Program-made: the position numbers and the translations under genes
Source: a virus
Virus genome (UHGV): UHGV-0056727
Direction: 5' to 3' (one strand)
DNA length: 15,656 bases
In this document: positions 1-7,446 of the stretch, one piece after another
Layout: every line of letters starts with the position of its first letter
Position numbering within the stretch: the first letter of the stretch is position 1
The notes under the pieces: generated by a model
The model's database searches: none
Seen by the model: the letters and a program-made list of their open reading frames with translations, nothing else
What the model was told of the DNA's origin: nothing

Positions 1-1
1 G

Positions 2-382
2 TCGGATGTTATCCGGTGGTGGCGAAAACAACCTTTTGATTTGCAAATCCCGGAGCACCTAGGGAACTGTGTTTTTTGCATCAAAAAGTCAACGCAAAAG
101 CTGGGGCTTGCATGTAAAGACGAACCTGGTCTGATGCGGGTTTTTAATGAACTGGTTACAGGTAAACACGTCCGGGATGGTCACCGAAAGACAAATAAAG
201 ACGTTATGTACCGTGGTCATCTGAGCCTTGACGGGATTGCCAGAATGTATGCCGACAGCGACTACAGAAATTTGTATCAGGCGATGGTGCAAGCCAGGCG
301 ATTCGATACCGGCTCGTGTTCAGAGTCATGTGAAATCTGGGGTGATCAATTGGAGTTGAAATTCGAAGAGGTGGTGGCATGA
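2..382 (+). CDS. Hypothetical protein, C-terminal part (5' end lies upstream of the window); contains CxxC and CxxxC motifs
   Basis: Frame 2 is open from nt 2 with no stop before TGA 380-382, which overlaps the next gene's ATG (ATGA at 379-382). Function not recognised. Confidence 0.5.
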   Translation, partial: SDVIRWWRKQPFDLQIPEHLGNCVFCIKKSTQKLGLACKDEPGLMRVFNELVTGKHVRDGHRKTNKDVMYRGHLSLDGIARMYADSDYRNLYQAMVQARRFDTGSCSESCEIWGDQLELKFEEVVA

Positions 383-1083
383 CAACCAAAATTAACTATC
401 AGGCACTACGTGAGATAGCAAAACAGGCAACACAGGGCGAATGGGTCGCGTTTATTTCGACGGGTACAGGTACGTATGCTGTGCATACGCCCGGTGATAA
501 ACGATGTGAAGATGTTATCAAATGGACCGGCTTTGATGGGCTGAAAAACGCAGAGAACAACGCTCGTTATGTTGCCGCATTCAACCCAAAGGTTGCACTG
601 GAGCTACTTGGTGAAATTAAGCGCCTGGAGGACACAAATATTGATGCTATGTGCCGAATAGCACCGCTTGAGACTAAGCTCGCGGCGCTGGTGGCAGAGA
701 ACGCCGGGCTGAAACACGCAATGGCCGTAACTCTTGAGCATGTGTCGGTCACGGATGCAGGGCAGGCTGGTGTTGCTGCAATGATTATCAACGATGCCCT
801 ACACCACAGCGAAACTCCAGCTACCGATGCTTTTCTGGCTGAAATTCGTGCGGAAGCACGCAACGAGGGGATTAACTATACCGCCAGCCGTCTTGCTGCT
901 GCGTTCAATCACGGATTTATCAATAAGTCTTTGCGTGAAGTTTTCGACGTTACACGCATGATTTTGTCAGCGAAAGAAGAGTTGGCTAATGAAGCGCATC
1001 CGATTGATGGCCTGTCTGGTGAATATGCGGAGAAATCCCTTGAAGAATGGGCGGAACAGATTCGCAAAGGAAGCAGCCAGTGA
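379..1083 (+). CDS. Ead/Ea22-like family protein (234 aa)
   Basis: N-terminus MTTKINYQALREIAKQATQGEW... is the signature I associate with Ead/Ea22-like phage proteins. ATG overlaps the upstream stop. Shares identical 21-23-nt blocks with the ORFs at 2378 and 2662. Confidence 0.7.
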   Translation: MTTKINYQALREIAKQATQGEWVAFISTGTGTYAVHTPGDKRCEDVIKWTGFDGLKNAENNARYVAAFNPKVALELLGEIKRLEDTNIDAMCRIAPLETKLAALVAENAGLKHAMAVTLEHVSVTDAGQAGVAAMIINDALHHSETPATDAFLAEIRAEARNEGINYTASRLAAAFNHGFINKSLREVFDVTRMILSAKEELANEAHPIDGLSGEYAEKSLEEWAEQIRKGSSQ

Positions 1084-1370
1084 ATATCGACACGACAATA
1101 ACGATCGATACGCTCCTAAATACCGGTCTGGCACTTCTCGGTTGGCTTTACATCATGTCCCGTACATGGCGATGGCTGGGTTCCATTTTCCTAAAACAGT
1201 GGAAAAAACGGCGCAAACAGGAACTACGCCAGAAGGCATTAGAAGCGTTCTATGACGCATTTGAGCTTAGCCGTATTGAACCAGGTACAACAGCCAGGAT
1301 AGCGACAAAAGGCGACCTGATGATAGTGATGTTCCGACAGGAGAGAGCAGAGAAAGGGGAATCAGCATGA
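1080..1370 (+). CDS. Small membrane protein (~96 aa from GTG 1080; alternative ATG at 1047), one predicted TM helix followed by a basic segment
   Basis: GTG 1080 overlaps the upstream stop (GTGA) and the stop overlaps the next ATG (ATGA 1367-1370). Hydrophobic stretch LLNTGLALLGWLYIM then WKKRRKQELRQK. Confidence 0.4.
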   Translation: MNIDTTITIDTLLNTGLALLGWLYIMSRTWRWLGSIFLKQWKKRRKQELRQKALEAFYDAFELSRIEPGTTARIATKGDLMIVMFRQERAEKGESA

Positions 1371-2080
1371 AATTTTCCAAATTTTCTGAGTTGGTGAATC
1401 GTATTTTGTCCAACAACCACAGCCATCGTCGCGATATGGATGTAACAATCGTTGTTCATTCGCCTGGCAGCATTGGTTCAACACCTTCAGTTGAGGTTCA
1501 GTCAATTCACGCTGGTTTTGATTGGGATTCCGGGAAAGTGCTTATTTTCCCATCACAGCCACTGACCACGCTAACACCAGAACAGATTACTGATATCACT
1601 GATAGTGTGCGCAAAGGTCAGTCTTGGCACGCATTTCAGGAATACAAGAAGCATCAAGAGCAGTTGGAAAAATTGTCGATTGAACTGGATGCCGCAAAAC
1701 AGCGCATTGCAGAGCTGGATGGTAATCGCACGGCGCTGGCAGTGGAGAATGCCTCAATGAAGCTGTTTATCAGGGGCTGTTGCTACGTGTTTGATGGCCA
1801 GCAGGATGAAATATCTGATGCGTATATCTGCGCAACAGACGGAGGGATGCCGCAAATTCCAGCCACCGACGCTTTCCTGGCTGAAGTTCGGGCGCAGGGG
1901 GTGGATGCTGCTATAGAAGCTGCAAAAAATCTGGTGGCCCAAGAATATGAGTATAAGGATTTCAAAGCGGCGCAGAGTGATTGCTGTATGCACCCTGGTT
2001 CAGACCGGGTAGGGAAGGTTGAAATGACTGAGTGGTTAGTTGACTTTGCTGCCCAGCTTCGCAAAGGAGGCAACCAGTGA
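1367..2080 (+). CDS. Hypothetical protein (237 aa) with a C-terminal module paralogous to that of the 379..1083 protein
   Basis: ATG with upstream AAGGGGA RBS. C-terminal block ...TDAFLAEVRAQG...QLRKGGNQ parallels ...TDAFLAEIRAEA...QIRKGSSQ of the first Ead-like protein. Confidence 0.65.
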   Translation: MKFSKFSELVNRILSNNHSHRRDMDVTIVVHSPGSIGSTPSVEVQSIHAGFDWDSGKVLIFPSQPLTTLTPEQITDITDSVRKGQSWHAFQEYKKHQEQLEKLSIELDAAKQRIAELDGNRTALAVENASMKLFIRGCCYVFDGQQDEISDAYICATDGGMPQIPATDAFLAEVRAQGVDAAIEAAKNLVAQEYEYKDFKAAQSDCCMHPGSDRVGKVEMTEWLVDFAAQLRKGGNQ

Positions 2081-2376
2081 CTGTATGTCTTATTGATAAA
2101 CGTCGACGTGGGCAACAAATACCATCTGTTGAAATGCCGAATCACACATGGTTTTGCGTACTTGATATCGATGGTATGGATACGTTGGTTGACACTCGTC
2201 ATTACTGCGATACCGCAACAGCTACTCCGGCGAAAGCAAAGAAAATGGCTGCTCTGATAGAAAACTGGACTCCACCTGATGGTTGGTGCAATGGGAATGA
2301 TCGAGATTGGCACGAAAAAATGAAGGGCTATATCTGCGATTTTTTACGTAAATGCAACGGCTTCAGGGTGATGTGA
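2077..2376 (+). CDS. Small Cys-containing hypothetical protein (99 aa), GTG start
   Basis: GTG 2077 overlaps the upstream stop (GTGA), the same junction architecture as at 1080. The stop is 1 nt before the next ATG. Confidence 0.4.
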   Translation: MTVCLIDKRRRGQQIPSVEMPNHTWFCVLDIDGMDTLVDTRHYCDTATATPAKAKKMAALIENWTPPDGWCNGNDRDWHEKMKGYICDFLRKCNGFRVM

Positions 2377-2377
2377 T

Positions 2378-2665
2378 ATGACCAAAATTAACTATCAGGC
2401 ACTGCGTGAGGCGGCAGAACGTGCAATTCCGGCAATGGAACGTCTGTCAATGTTGCCAGTTGATGATGATTTGTTAAGTGAACAGGAACTTAAAGATTAC
2501 GGTGTGGATATTGATGCGCTCAACGCCTTCAAATTTCTGGCCGGACCAGAAACCGTGCTGGCGCTGCTGGATGAAAACGAAAGACTGTGTCGCGAGCTGA
2601 TAGCTCGTAATGGTGAGATTGAAGGGCTTCGGAAGTGGGCAGAAGAACGGGAGATGCAACCATGA
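2378..2665 (+). CDS. Short Ead-like N-terminal-domain protein (95 aa)
   Basis: ATG 2378 preceded by GGGTGA. N-terminus MTKINYQALREAAERA... A 23-nt block (2381-2403) is identical to 385-407. Confidence 0.6.
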   Translation: MTKINYQALREAAERAIPAMERLSMLPVDDDLLSEQELKDYGVDIDALNAFKFLAGPETVLALLDENERLCRELIARNGEIEGLRKWAEEREMQP

Positions 2666-3591
2666 TGACTTTTACCAGCGAACAATTAGCTACCTTACGT
2701 AAGATAGCGCAACAGGCAACACAGGGCGAATGGCGTGCATTCATCTCGCCGGACACTGGTACATATGCGGTGCATACGCCGGGGGATGAACGTTGCGGAG
2801 ACATTATCAAATGGCCTGGCTTTGACGGCCAGAAAAATGCAGAGAACAACGCAGAATTTATCGCAGCTTTCAACCCTAAATTAGTGCAGACACTGCTGGA
2901 TGAACGGGAAAGAAACCAGCAATACATCAAACGCCGCGACCAGGAGAACGAGGGGATTGCGCTTACGGTTGGGAAGCTGCGTGTTGAGCTTGAAGCAGCA
3001 AAATCAAAACTCAACGAGCAGCGTGAATATTACGAGGGAGTAATCGCGGATGGAAGTAAGCGCATAGCAGAACTGGAAAAACAATGCGCCGAATGGGAGC
3101 GAAAAGCATTAAGCAACTTTGAAGAGTGTGCTGCGATGGCTGAACGTATCGAAGAGATGCAGACAAAATCTGCACCAGATTCGTTTGGCATCATCGGTGA
3201 AAATATTCGAACACAGGACAATCGAATAACGTCAGATCCCATGTTTTGTGTGTATCAAAAGCGCGAAATCGCTGTTGATGCTGATTATGACCATGACCGG
3301 ATTGTCTGGGTTGACGAAGATGGCAATGAAGCCAATAAACGCCATAGTCGTCGTCTCGAGCTACTTCATGAAAACTTTCGAGAGCCACCAGAAAAATGGC
3401 GGCGCGTTGCTGTGAAAGATATTGATGAATTCGTTACCTGCTGTTTCACCGAACAGGGTTGTAAAGACTACCTGGCAGTCAATGGTCACAATCTTCGCTT
3501 GCCATTTATATATGTAAAAAGCGGTTTCAGGAACGCTGAATATATCGGCATAAGAAACTGGCTTGCTGGCATTCGCATCAAAGGAGAGTGA
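2662..3591 (+). CDS. Ead/Ea22-like family protein (309 aa from ATG 2662) with a coiled-coil middle and a distinct C-terminal domain
   Basis: ATG 2662 overlaps the upstream stop (ATGA). N-terminal ...QQATQGEWRAFISPDTGTYAVHTPGDERCGDIIKWPGFDGQKNAENNAEFIAAFNPK is about 70% identical to the 379 protein. Identical 21-mer at 2714-2734 and 424-444. Confidence 0.7.
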   Translation: MMTFTSEQLATLRKIAQQATQGEWRAFISPDTGTYAVHTPGDERCGDIIKWPGFDGQKNAENNAEFIAAFNPKLVQTLLDERERNQQYIKRRDQENEGIALTVGKLRVELEAAKSKLNEQREYYEGVIADGSKRIAELEKQCAEWERKALSNFEECAAMAERIEEMQTKSAPDSFGIIGENIRTQDNRITSDPMFCVYQKREIAVDADYDHDRIVWVDEDGNEANKRHSRRLELLHENFREPPEKWRRVAVKDIDEFVTCCFTEQGCKDYLAVNGHNLRLPFIYVKSGFRNAEYIGIRNWLAGIRIKGE

Positions 3592-3592
3592 T

Positions 3593-4110
3593 ATGGCGTT
3601 AACACACCGCGAACTCTGTCAGATTGCGTACAAGTTCCTTAAGCGCAACGGGTTCAAGGTTTGCTTTCATGACCGCTTTATAGCTGTAACCAGTACCGGA
3701 GAACAGCCAGATGCTATGGGATTCAGAAATTCAGCATCATGCTTGATAGAGGCGAAGTGTTCTCGTGCTGACTTGTTGGCAGATAGAAAAAAGCGTTTCC
3801 GTAAAAATCCGTCTCTTGGAATGGGCGACTGGCGATATTCTTTATTAGTGAGCCGGGAATTATTTCAGTTGAGGATTTACCTCCCGGCTGGGGATTACTT
3901 CACGTTGTTAACGGAAGAGTACGGAAAGTACATGGATGGCCCAAGGGGAATTGCTGTTGGGGTAATCCTGACGATAAGCCATTTACTGGGAATAAGCAGG
4001 TTGAATGCGATTACATGTTATCTGCATTAAGGCGCATGGAGCTAAGAGGACACCTTAATGAAATATATGACGGTGTAATTGTTAATAAGAAAGAAGGAAA
4101 CGCGGCATGA
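3593..4110 (+). pseudogene. Putative PD-(D/E)xK-motif protein apparently interrupted by a frameshift (frame 2 from ATG 3593, continuing in frame 1 to stop 4108-4110)
   Basis: Strong RBS AAGGAGAG before ATG 3593. PD...EAK motif in frame 2 (EQPDAMGFRNSASCLIEAKCS). Frame 1 is open 3805-4110, has no usable start, and ends on the ATGA overlap with the next gene. The annotated frame-2 ORF ends at 4030, leaving a 77-nt gap. Confidence 0.4.
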
Positions 4111-4463
4111 CCACTATTACCGACAAAGAACTGATTAAAGAAATCAAAGAGCGCATAGGCAGCTTGGACGTTCGAGACAATATTGAGCGCCGTGCTTATG
4201 AAATTGCACTGGCATCGCTGGAAGCAGAACCGATAGCGTGGGAATGCGGTGAAAACATAATCCTGTTTAACCCTGACACAGTTGAAGCATACGCAAAACG
4301 TGCGGAAATATCACCTAAACCACTATTCTCCGCGCCGCCAGCGCTGGTAGTGCCTGATAAGTTGCCGCGTGAATACAGAAACGGTTGGCCTCTTGCGTAT
4401 AGTGATTATGCTGAAGGCTGGAACGACTGCCGCGAAGCCATGCTTCAGGGAGATAAATCATGA
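4107..4463 (+). CDS. Hypothetical acidic protein (118 aa)
   Basis: ATG/stop overlaps with both neighbours (ATGA at 4107 and 4460). Confidence 0.65.
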   Translation: MTTITDKELIKEIKERIGSLDVRDNIERRAYEIALASLEAEPIAWECGENIILFNPDTVEAYAKRAEISPKPLFSAPPALVVPDKLPREYRNGWPLAYSDYAEGWNDCREAMLQGDKS

Positions 4464-4819
4464 TTAATCGTATCAAGCTGGAGCACATCCTCGAATATGC
4501 CAGGCAGCAGAGGCATATTGGTCAGCATTGTAAAATTCCACCAGGAGATATGGTTGAAATCATGGAGATTGCCATGCGCAAGGCTGGCAACTCTCCGGTA
4601 ACTCCGGATGGTTGGATAAGCTGTAGTGAGCGAATGCCGAATACCAAAACAGCCGTTCTTGTTGCCGTGGAGTTTGACAGGAAAGGTGACTGGCGAATGA
4701 AATGGGCTACTTACATCCCGGGGCATCCTGACGCTAATGATGGGTGGATAATTCCTGGTGCGTCGTGGAAACCGTCACACTGGATGCCGCTACCAGAACC
4801 GCCGCAGGAGGCAAAATGA
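4460..4819 (+). CDS. DUF551-like phage protein (119 aa)
   Basis: C-terminal W...RMP...VLVA...W...SHWMPLPEPP pattern, which I recall as DUF551. Coupled to both neighbours. Confidence 0.65.
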   Translation: MINRIKLEHILEYARQQRHIGQHCKIPPGDMVEIMEIAMRKAGNSPVTPDGWISCSERMPNTKTAVLVAVEFDRKGDWRMKWATYIPGHPDANDGWIIPGASWKPSHWMPLPEPPQEAK

Positions 4820-5076
4820 TGGATGTAAAAGAGAAGGTTTTGCAGGTGATACGTTCCCGTGCTGCCCTGCAAGAGAAAGCTCTCGGCGGGGAATATCCAT
4901 TCACGATAGCAACCTGGAATCTGCGGTTGGCAATGGAGAAGGAATTTCCTGATGAAGAATGGCGTTCGGCAGATTTGCGCAAAATTCTTATGGAGATGGC
5001 TAAAGATGGAACAGTATCCAAAGATACCCATGCCAGCCGGATTGGTCAGGCGGTATGGAGACTGGAGGTGAGATAA
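4816..5076 (+). CDS. Hypothetical protein (86 aa)
   Basis: ATG 4816 with AGGAGG RBS 7 nt upstream, overlapping the upstream stop. The ORF-track start at 4744 is a GTG extension in the same frame. Confidence 0.6.
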   Translation: MMDVKEKVLQVIRSRAALQEKALGGEYPFTIATWNLRLAMEKEFPDEEWRSADLRKILMEMAKDGTVSKDTHASRIGQAVWRLEVR

Positions 5077-5159
5077 TGAGCTGGCCTGAAGCATTCGCAA
5101 CGGTAGGAATTGTGATGGCGGCAGCACTGGGTTTGTATTCAATTTGTCGCTGGTGGTAA
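5076..5159 (+). CDS. Small hydrophobic peptide (27 aa, MSWPEAFATVGIVMAAALGLYSICRWW)
   Basis: ATG overlaps the upstream TAA (TAATG). GGAGG RBS 8 nt upstream. Single hydrophobic helix. Too short to be in the ORF track. Confidence 0.3.
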   Translation: MSWPEAFATVGIVMAAALGLYSICRWW

Positions 5160-5161
5160 CG

Positions 5162-5395
5162 ATGGGAAAATTAACTTTTGTAGTCGAATTTGAGGATGGT
5201 AAAGAGCCACCTGTTAGCGCCAATCTTGATGTTGCTGGTGGCAGGCTTGTTTCGGTTCTATTTGGTGACTACCGAGATGACTTCTTCCAACCAGAAGAAG
5301 TTGATGTAGTGCGAGAGGCATTAAACGAGTTAAGTGTTGATAACGATGATGCTCATGCGGAAATCATCCAAAAAATGGAACTGCTAACTCACTAA
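5162..5395 (+). CDS. Small strongly acidic protein (77 aa, about 18 D/E against 6 K/R)
   Basis: ATG 5162 lies 2 nt after the stop of the peptide ORF, with GGTGG upstream. The track start at 5144 is a TTG extension. Confidence 0.5.
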   Translation: MGKLTFVVEFEDGKEPPVSANLDVAGGRLVSVLFGDYRDDFFQPEEVDVVREALNELSVDNDDAHAEIIQKMELLTH

Positions 5396-5443
5396 ATTAT
5401 CAATTATGGTGCTATCACCTACGACACCGAGAGAAAATTTATA

Positions 5444-5566
5444 ATGTCAAAAGTAAATGTTTTGATTTTTTCAGCAATTGTTGGCTTTGGTTTTACTGCC
5501 GGAGTGCAGATTTATATTACGTGGAAAAAAATCATCAACTACGCATGGAGTTGTTTTATTAAGTGA
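5444..5566 (+). CDS. Possible small single-TM peptide (40 aa) in an AT-rich spacer
   Basis: ATG 5444, hydrophobic core VLIFSAIVGFGFTAGVQIYI then WKKIINYAW. No convincing RBS, so this could equally be a non-coding promoter region. Confidence 0.25.
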   Translation: MSKVNVLIFSAIVGFGFTAGVQIYITWKKIINYAWSCFIK

Positions 5567-5573
5567 GGTAAGT

Positions 5574-5867
5574 ATGTGGAGAGGTAATAATCATGGCAAA
5601 AGCCAGATGATACTTACCGAATATAAGCTAGACCACAAAACCAATAAATCACGCTCAGTATATTTGCTCCGGCACAATAGTCGCGTAAGAAATACCGTGC
5701 TGGAACAAAATCTGACAGTTGAAATGGATAATTACGGGGGCTTCAAGCCAGCAATTTCGCTTGATGATTTTCCTCGTGGTTTAAGCGAAAGAGAAGCAAT
5801 GCTGAAATTAGCAGAATGGCTACAAAGATTAAGCATTGCTATTGAAGATAACTGGTCTGAACCTTAA
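5574..5867 (+). CDS. Hypothetical protein (97 aa)
   Basis: ATG 5574 with GAGGT RBS 4 nt upstream. The track ORF 5478..5867 is the same frame from an upstream TTG. Confidence 0.45.
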   Translation: MWRGNNHGKSQMILTEYKLDHKTNKSRSVYLLRHNSRVRNTVLEQNLTVEMDNYGGFKPAISLDDFPRGLSEREAMLKLAEWLQRLSIAIEDNWSEP

Positions 5868-5873
5868 ATTTAT

Positions 5874-6248
5874 ATGATGACACTAAAACATTTTCTTGAC
5901 CGCCCATTATGGGCGGCAGCCGCAGGCTATGACTTTAATTATATGGATTGCATGTCTTATACTGCCAATGCATACGACCATTCGTTCAGCCTGCTGTTTA
6001 ATTCTTTAAGAATATTGCCGGAAACAGAAGTTGGAGAGCTTCATTTATGGCTATTGGGCTTTATCGCGGCTGTCGTTGGTATTGCTGTATGGCCTTTTAT
6101 TTTCTGGCTGGTGGCTGTTGTAGTGTGGTTTAAGTGCAAGACATACCGGAAAAAGTATTTCTTAGGTGATGGAATGACTGATATTGCCAAAATGAACATT
6201 GAAAAATGGACTAAGGAATGTGAAAAGAAATGGCGCAAAAAGAAATGA
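5874..6248 (+). CDS. Membrane protein (124 aa) with a roughly 30-residue hydrophobic segment and a polybasic C-terminus
   Basis: Segment LHLWLLGFIAAVVGIAVWPFIFWLVAVVVWF followed by KCKTYRKKY...KKWRKKK. AT-rich coding sequence, no clear RBS. Confidence 0.4.
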   Translation: MMTLKHFLDRPLWAAAAGYDFNYMDCMSYTANAYDHSFSLLFNSLRILPETEVGELHLWLLGFIAAVVGIAVWPFIFWLVAVVVWFKCKTYRKKYFLGDGMTDIAKMNIEKWTKECEKKWRKKK

Positions 6249-6871
6249 CCAGAATCACTGAAGAGCGTATATCAGAGATTATTTCCCGTATCGAAATGTA
6301 TGGTCACGGTGCTGGATATACGGCAGATGAAGTATTGGAAATAGCCCAGCAGATGCTGGCCTTGAGACAAAAAGAGCAACATGAAAGTAATACGTGTAGA
6401 TTTAATTTTGAGCAGTGGCTGGAACAGCAACGCGGAAAAATCGATGTGGACTGTGGTTGTGTGTCCACTGAAACATTCATGCACTGGCTGCGGGTAGCTT
6501 ACGAGGCTGGCAACTATCCGGATAGTTCGGTGCCAGCGCCAGGAAAGGGCGTCACCGGTGAACGTATCCGCATTAAGCCGCATGTTTATCGCGAACTGGT
6601 TAACCGTCTCCACGATACAGCGATCAAGTGTGCTGGCACCCAGCAATTACGAGAAAAAATTAGCCGTGTTTTGGGCGACGTTATTACGCCAGATCATCAT
6701 AAACAAGTCGAGAAAAGTGGCCTGGAAAGATGTCACCTTGAGGCGGCATTAAACATTAAGCCAGGGCATACGCTTGGCATTATTGATGCACTATTGGTTC
6801 ATAAGATGGCCAGGGCTTTATTGCCGCTGGTGGCTGATAAGCAAGAGGCGGGCCATGCCAACGAAAGCTGA
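6245..6871 (+). CDS. Hypothetical protein (208 aa from ATG 6245; in-frame ATG at 6230 also possible)
   Basis: ATG 6245 overlaps the upstream stop (ATGA). No recognisable domain. Confidence 0.55.
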   Translation: MTRITEERISEIISRIEMYGHGAGYTADEVLEIAQQMLALRQKEQHESNTCRFNFEQWLEQQRGKIDVDCGCVSTETFMHWLRVAYEAGNYPDSSVPAPGKGVTGERIRIKPHVYRELVNRLHDTAIKCAGTQQLREKISRVLGDVITPDHHKQVEKSGLERCHLEAALNIKPGHTLGIIDALLVHKMARALLPLVADKQEAGHANES

Positions 6872-7139
6872 GTTACAGGCGCGCATAGAGATTCTTGAAA
6901 AAGAGAATGCGAGTCTAAAAGGAATGCTGGCGCGGGCTGAAAGGGAATTATCAGGCAAATTATTGCCAGAAGAACTGCCACCAGCAGATATACCAGATCG
7001 AGTGTCCCGGTGGATGAAGTCTTTTGGTTTACCGTGGGAGGCTTTTTGGTGCTACGAGCATCGCAGATGGTGTGATGAACTTGATAGCAGTTTCCCCTAC
7101 TTTGCGGAAGGGAACACCTGCCCTGAGTGTAGGAGGTAG
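6855..7139 (+). CDS. Small protein (94 aa) with an N-terminal coiled-coil-like segment and a C-terminal CxxH...C...CxxC putative zinc-binding motif
   Basis: ATG 6855 preceded by GAGGCGG. The track ORF 6774..7139 is an upstream extension of the same frame. Motif WCYEHRRWC...CPEC. Confidence 0.5.
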   Translation: MPTKAELQARIEILEKENASLKGMLARAERELSGKLLPEELPPADIPDRVSRWMKSFGLPWEAFWCYEHRRWCDELDSSFPYFAEGNTCPECRR

Positions 7140-7143
7140 CGCG

Positions 7144-7401
7144 ATGTTTCGTCCTCGTCCAATACCGCCGAAAATAACTAATGGCTATCAGCCGAATACT
7201 CCAGAAATACAAGGGAGCGAGGGGCTTAAACCACCAGCACCACGTATTCCGCCTGTAGCAAGGAACGTATCATTACGACGAGAGTTAATATTAGCCTTGT
7301 CGCCCGTTCTGGCTGCCCGCCAGGATTGGGTAAGTAATGATGACCTGGCAGAAAAAATCACATCGCTGGTGGATAAAATTCTGCATAAAGCTGATCTCTG
7401 A
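7144..7401 (+). CDS. Hypothetical protein (85 aa), Pro-rich N-terminus
   Basis: ATG 7144 with AGGAGGT RBS. Last gene before a terminator hairpin. Confidence 0.55.
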   Translation: MFRPRPIPPKITNGYQPNTPEIQGSEGLKPPAPRIPPVARNVSLRRELILALSPVLAARQDWVSNDDLAEKITSLVDKILHKADL

Positions 7402-7412
7402 TCACCATGCTA

Positions 7413-7443
7413 AAATCCCCTCAATTCACAGAGGGGATTTTTG
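7413..7443 (+). terminator. Rho-independent terminator-like hairpin (stem ATCCCCTC / GAGGGGAT, 8-nt loop, followed by TTTTT)
   Basis: Perfect 8-bp GC-rich stem plus a U-run 12 nt after the stop at 7399-7401. The 3' stem arm GAGGGG is also the only SD-like sequence for the ATG at 7447. Confidence 0.55.
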
Positions 7444-7446
7444 TCT

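Noticed and set aside
1783-3014. Minus-strand ORFs of 161-176 aa (1783..2313, 2529..3014) and similar ones at 4711..5223, 8370..8789 and 12277..12696
   Set aside because: All lie antisense within well-supported, translationally coupled + strand genes and lack RBS or coupling signals. Treated as shadow ORFs.
3833-3848. Programmed -1 ribosomal frameshift as the explanation for the two-frame gene
   Set aside because: No X XXY YYZ slippery heptamer or obvious downstream stimulatory structure at the frame junction. Mutation or sequencing error is more likely.
5900-5916. 7-bp inverted repeat CCGCCCA-TTA-TGGGCGG
   Set aside because: Lies inside the predicted coding region of the 5874 ORF with no U-run. 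Could instead indicate that the true start of that gene is further downstream, but the evidence is insufficient.
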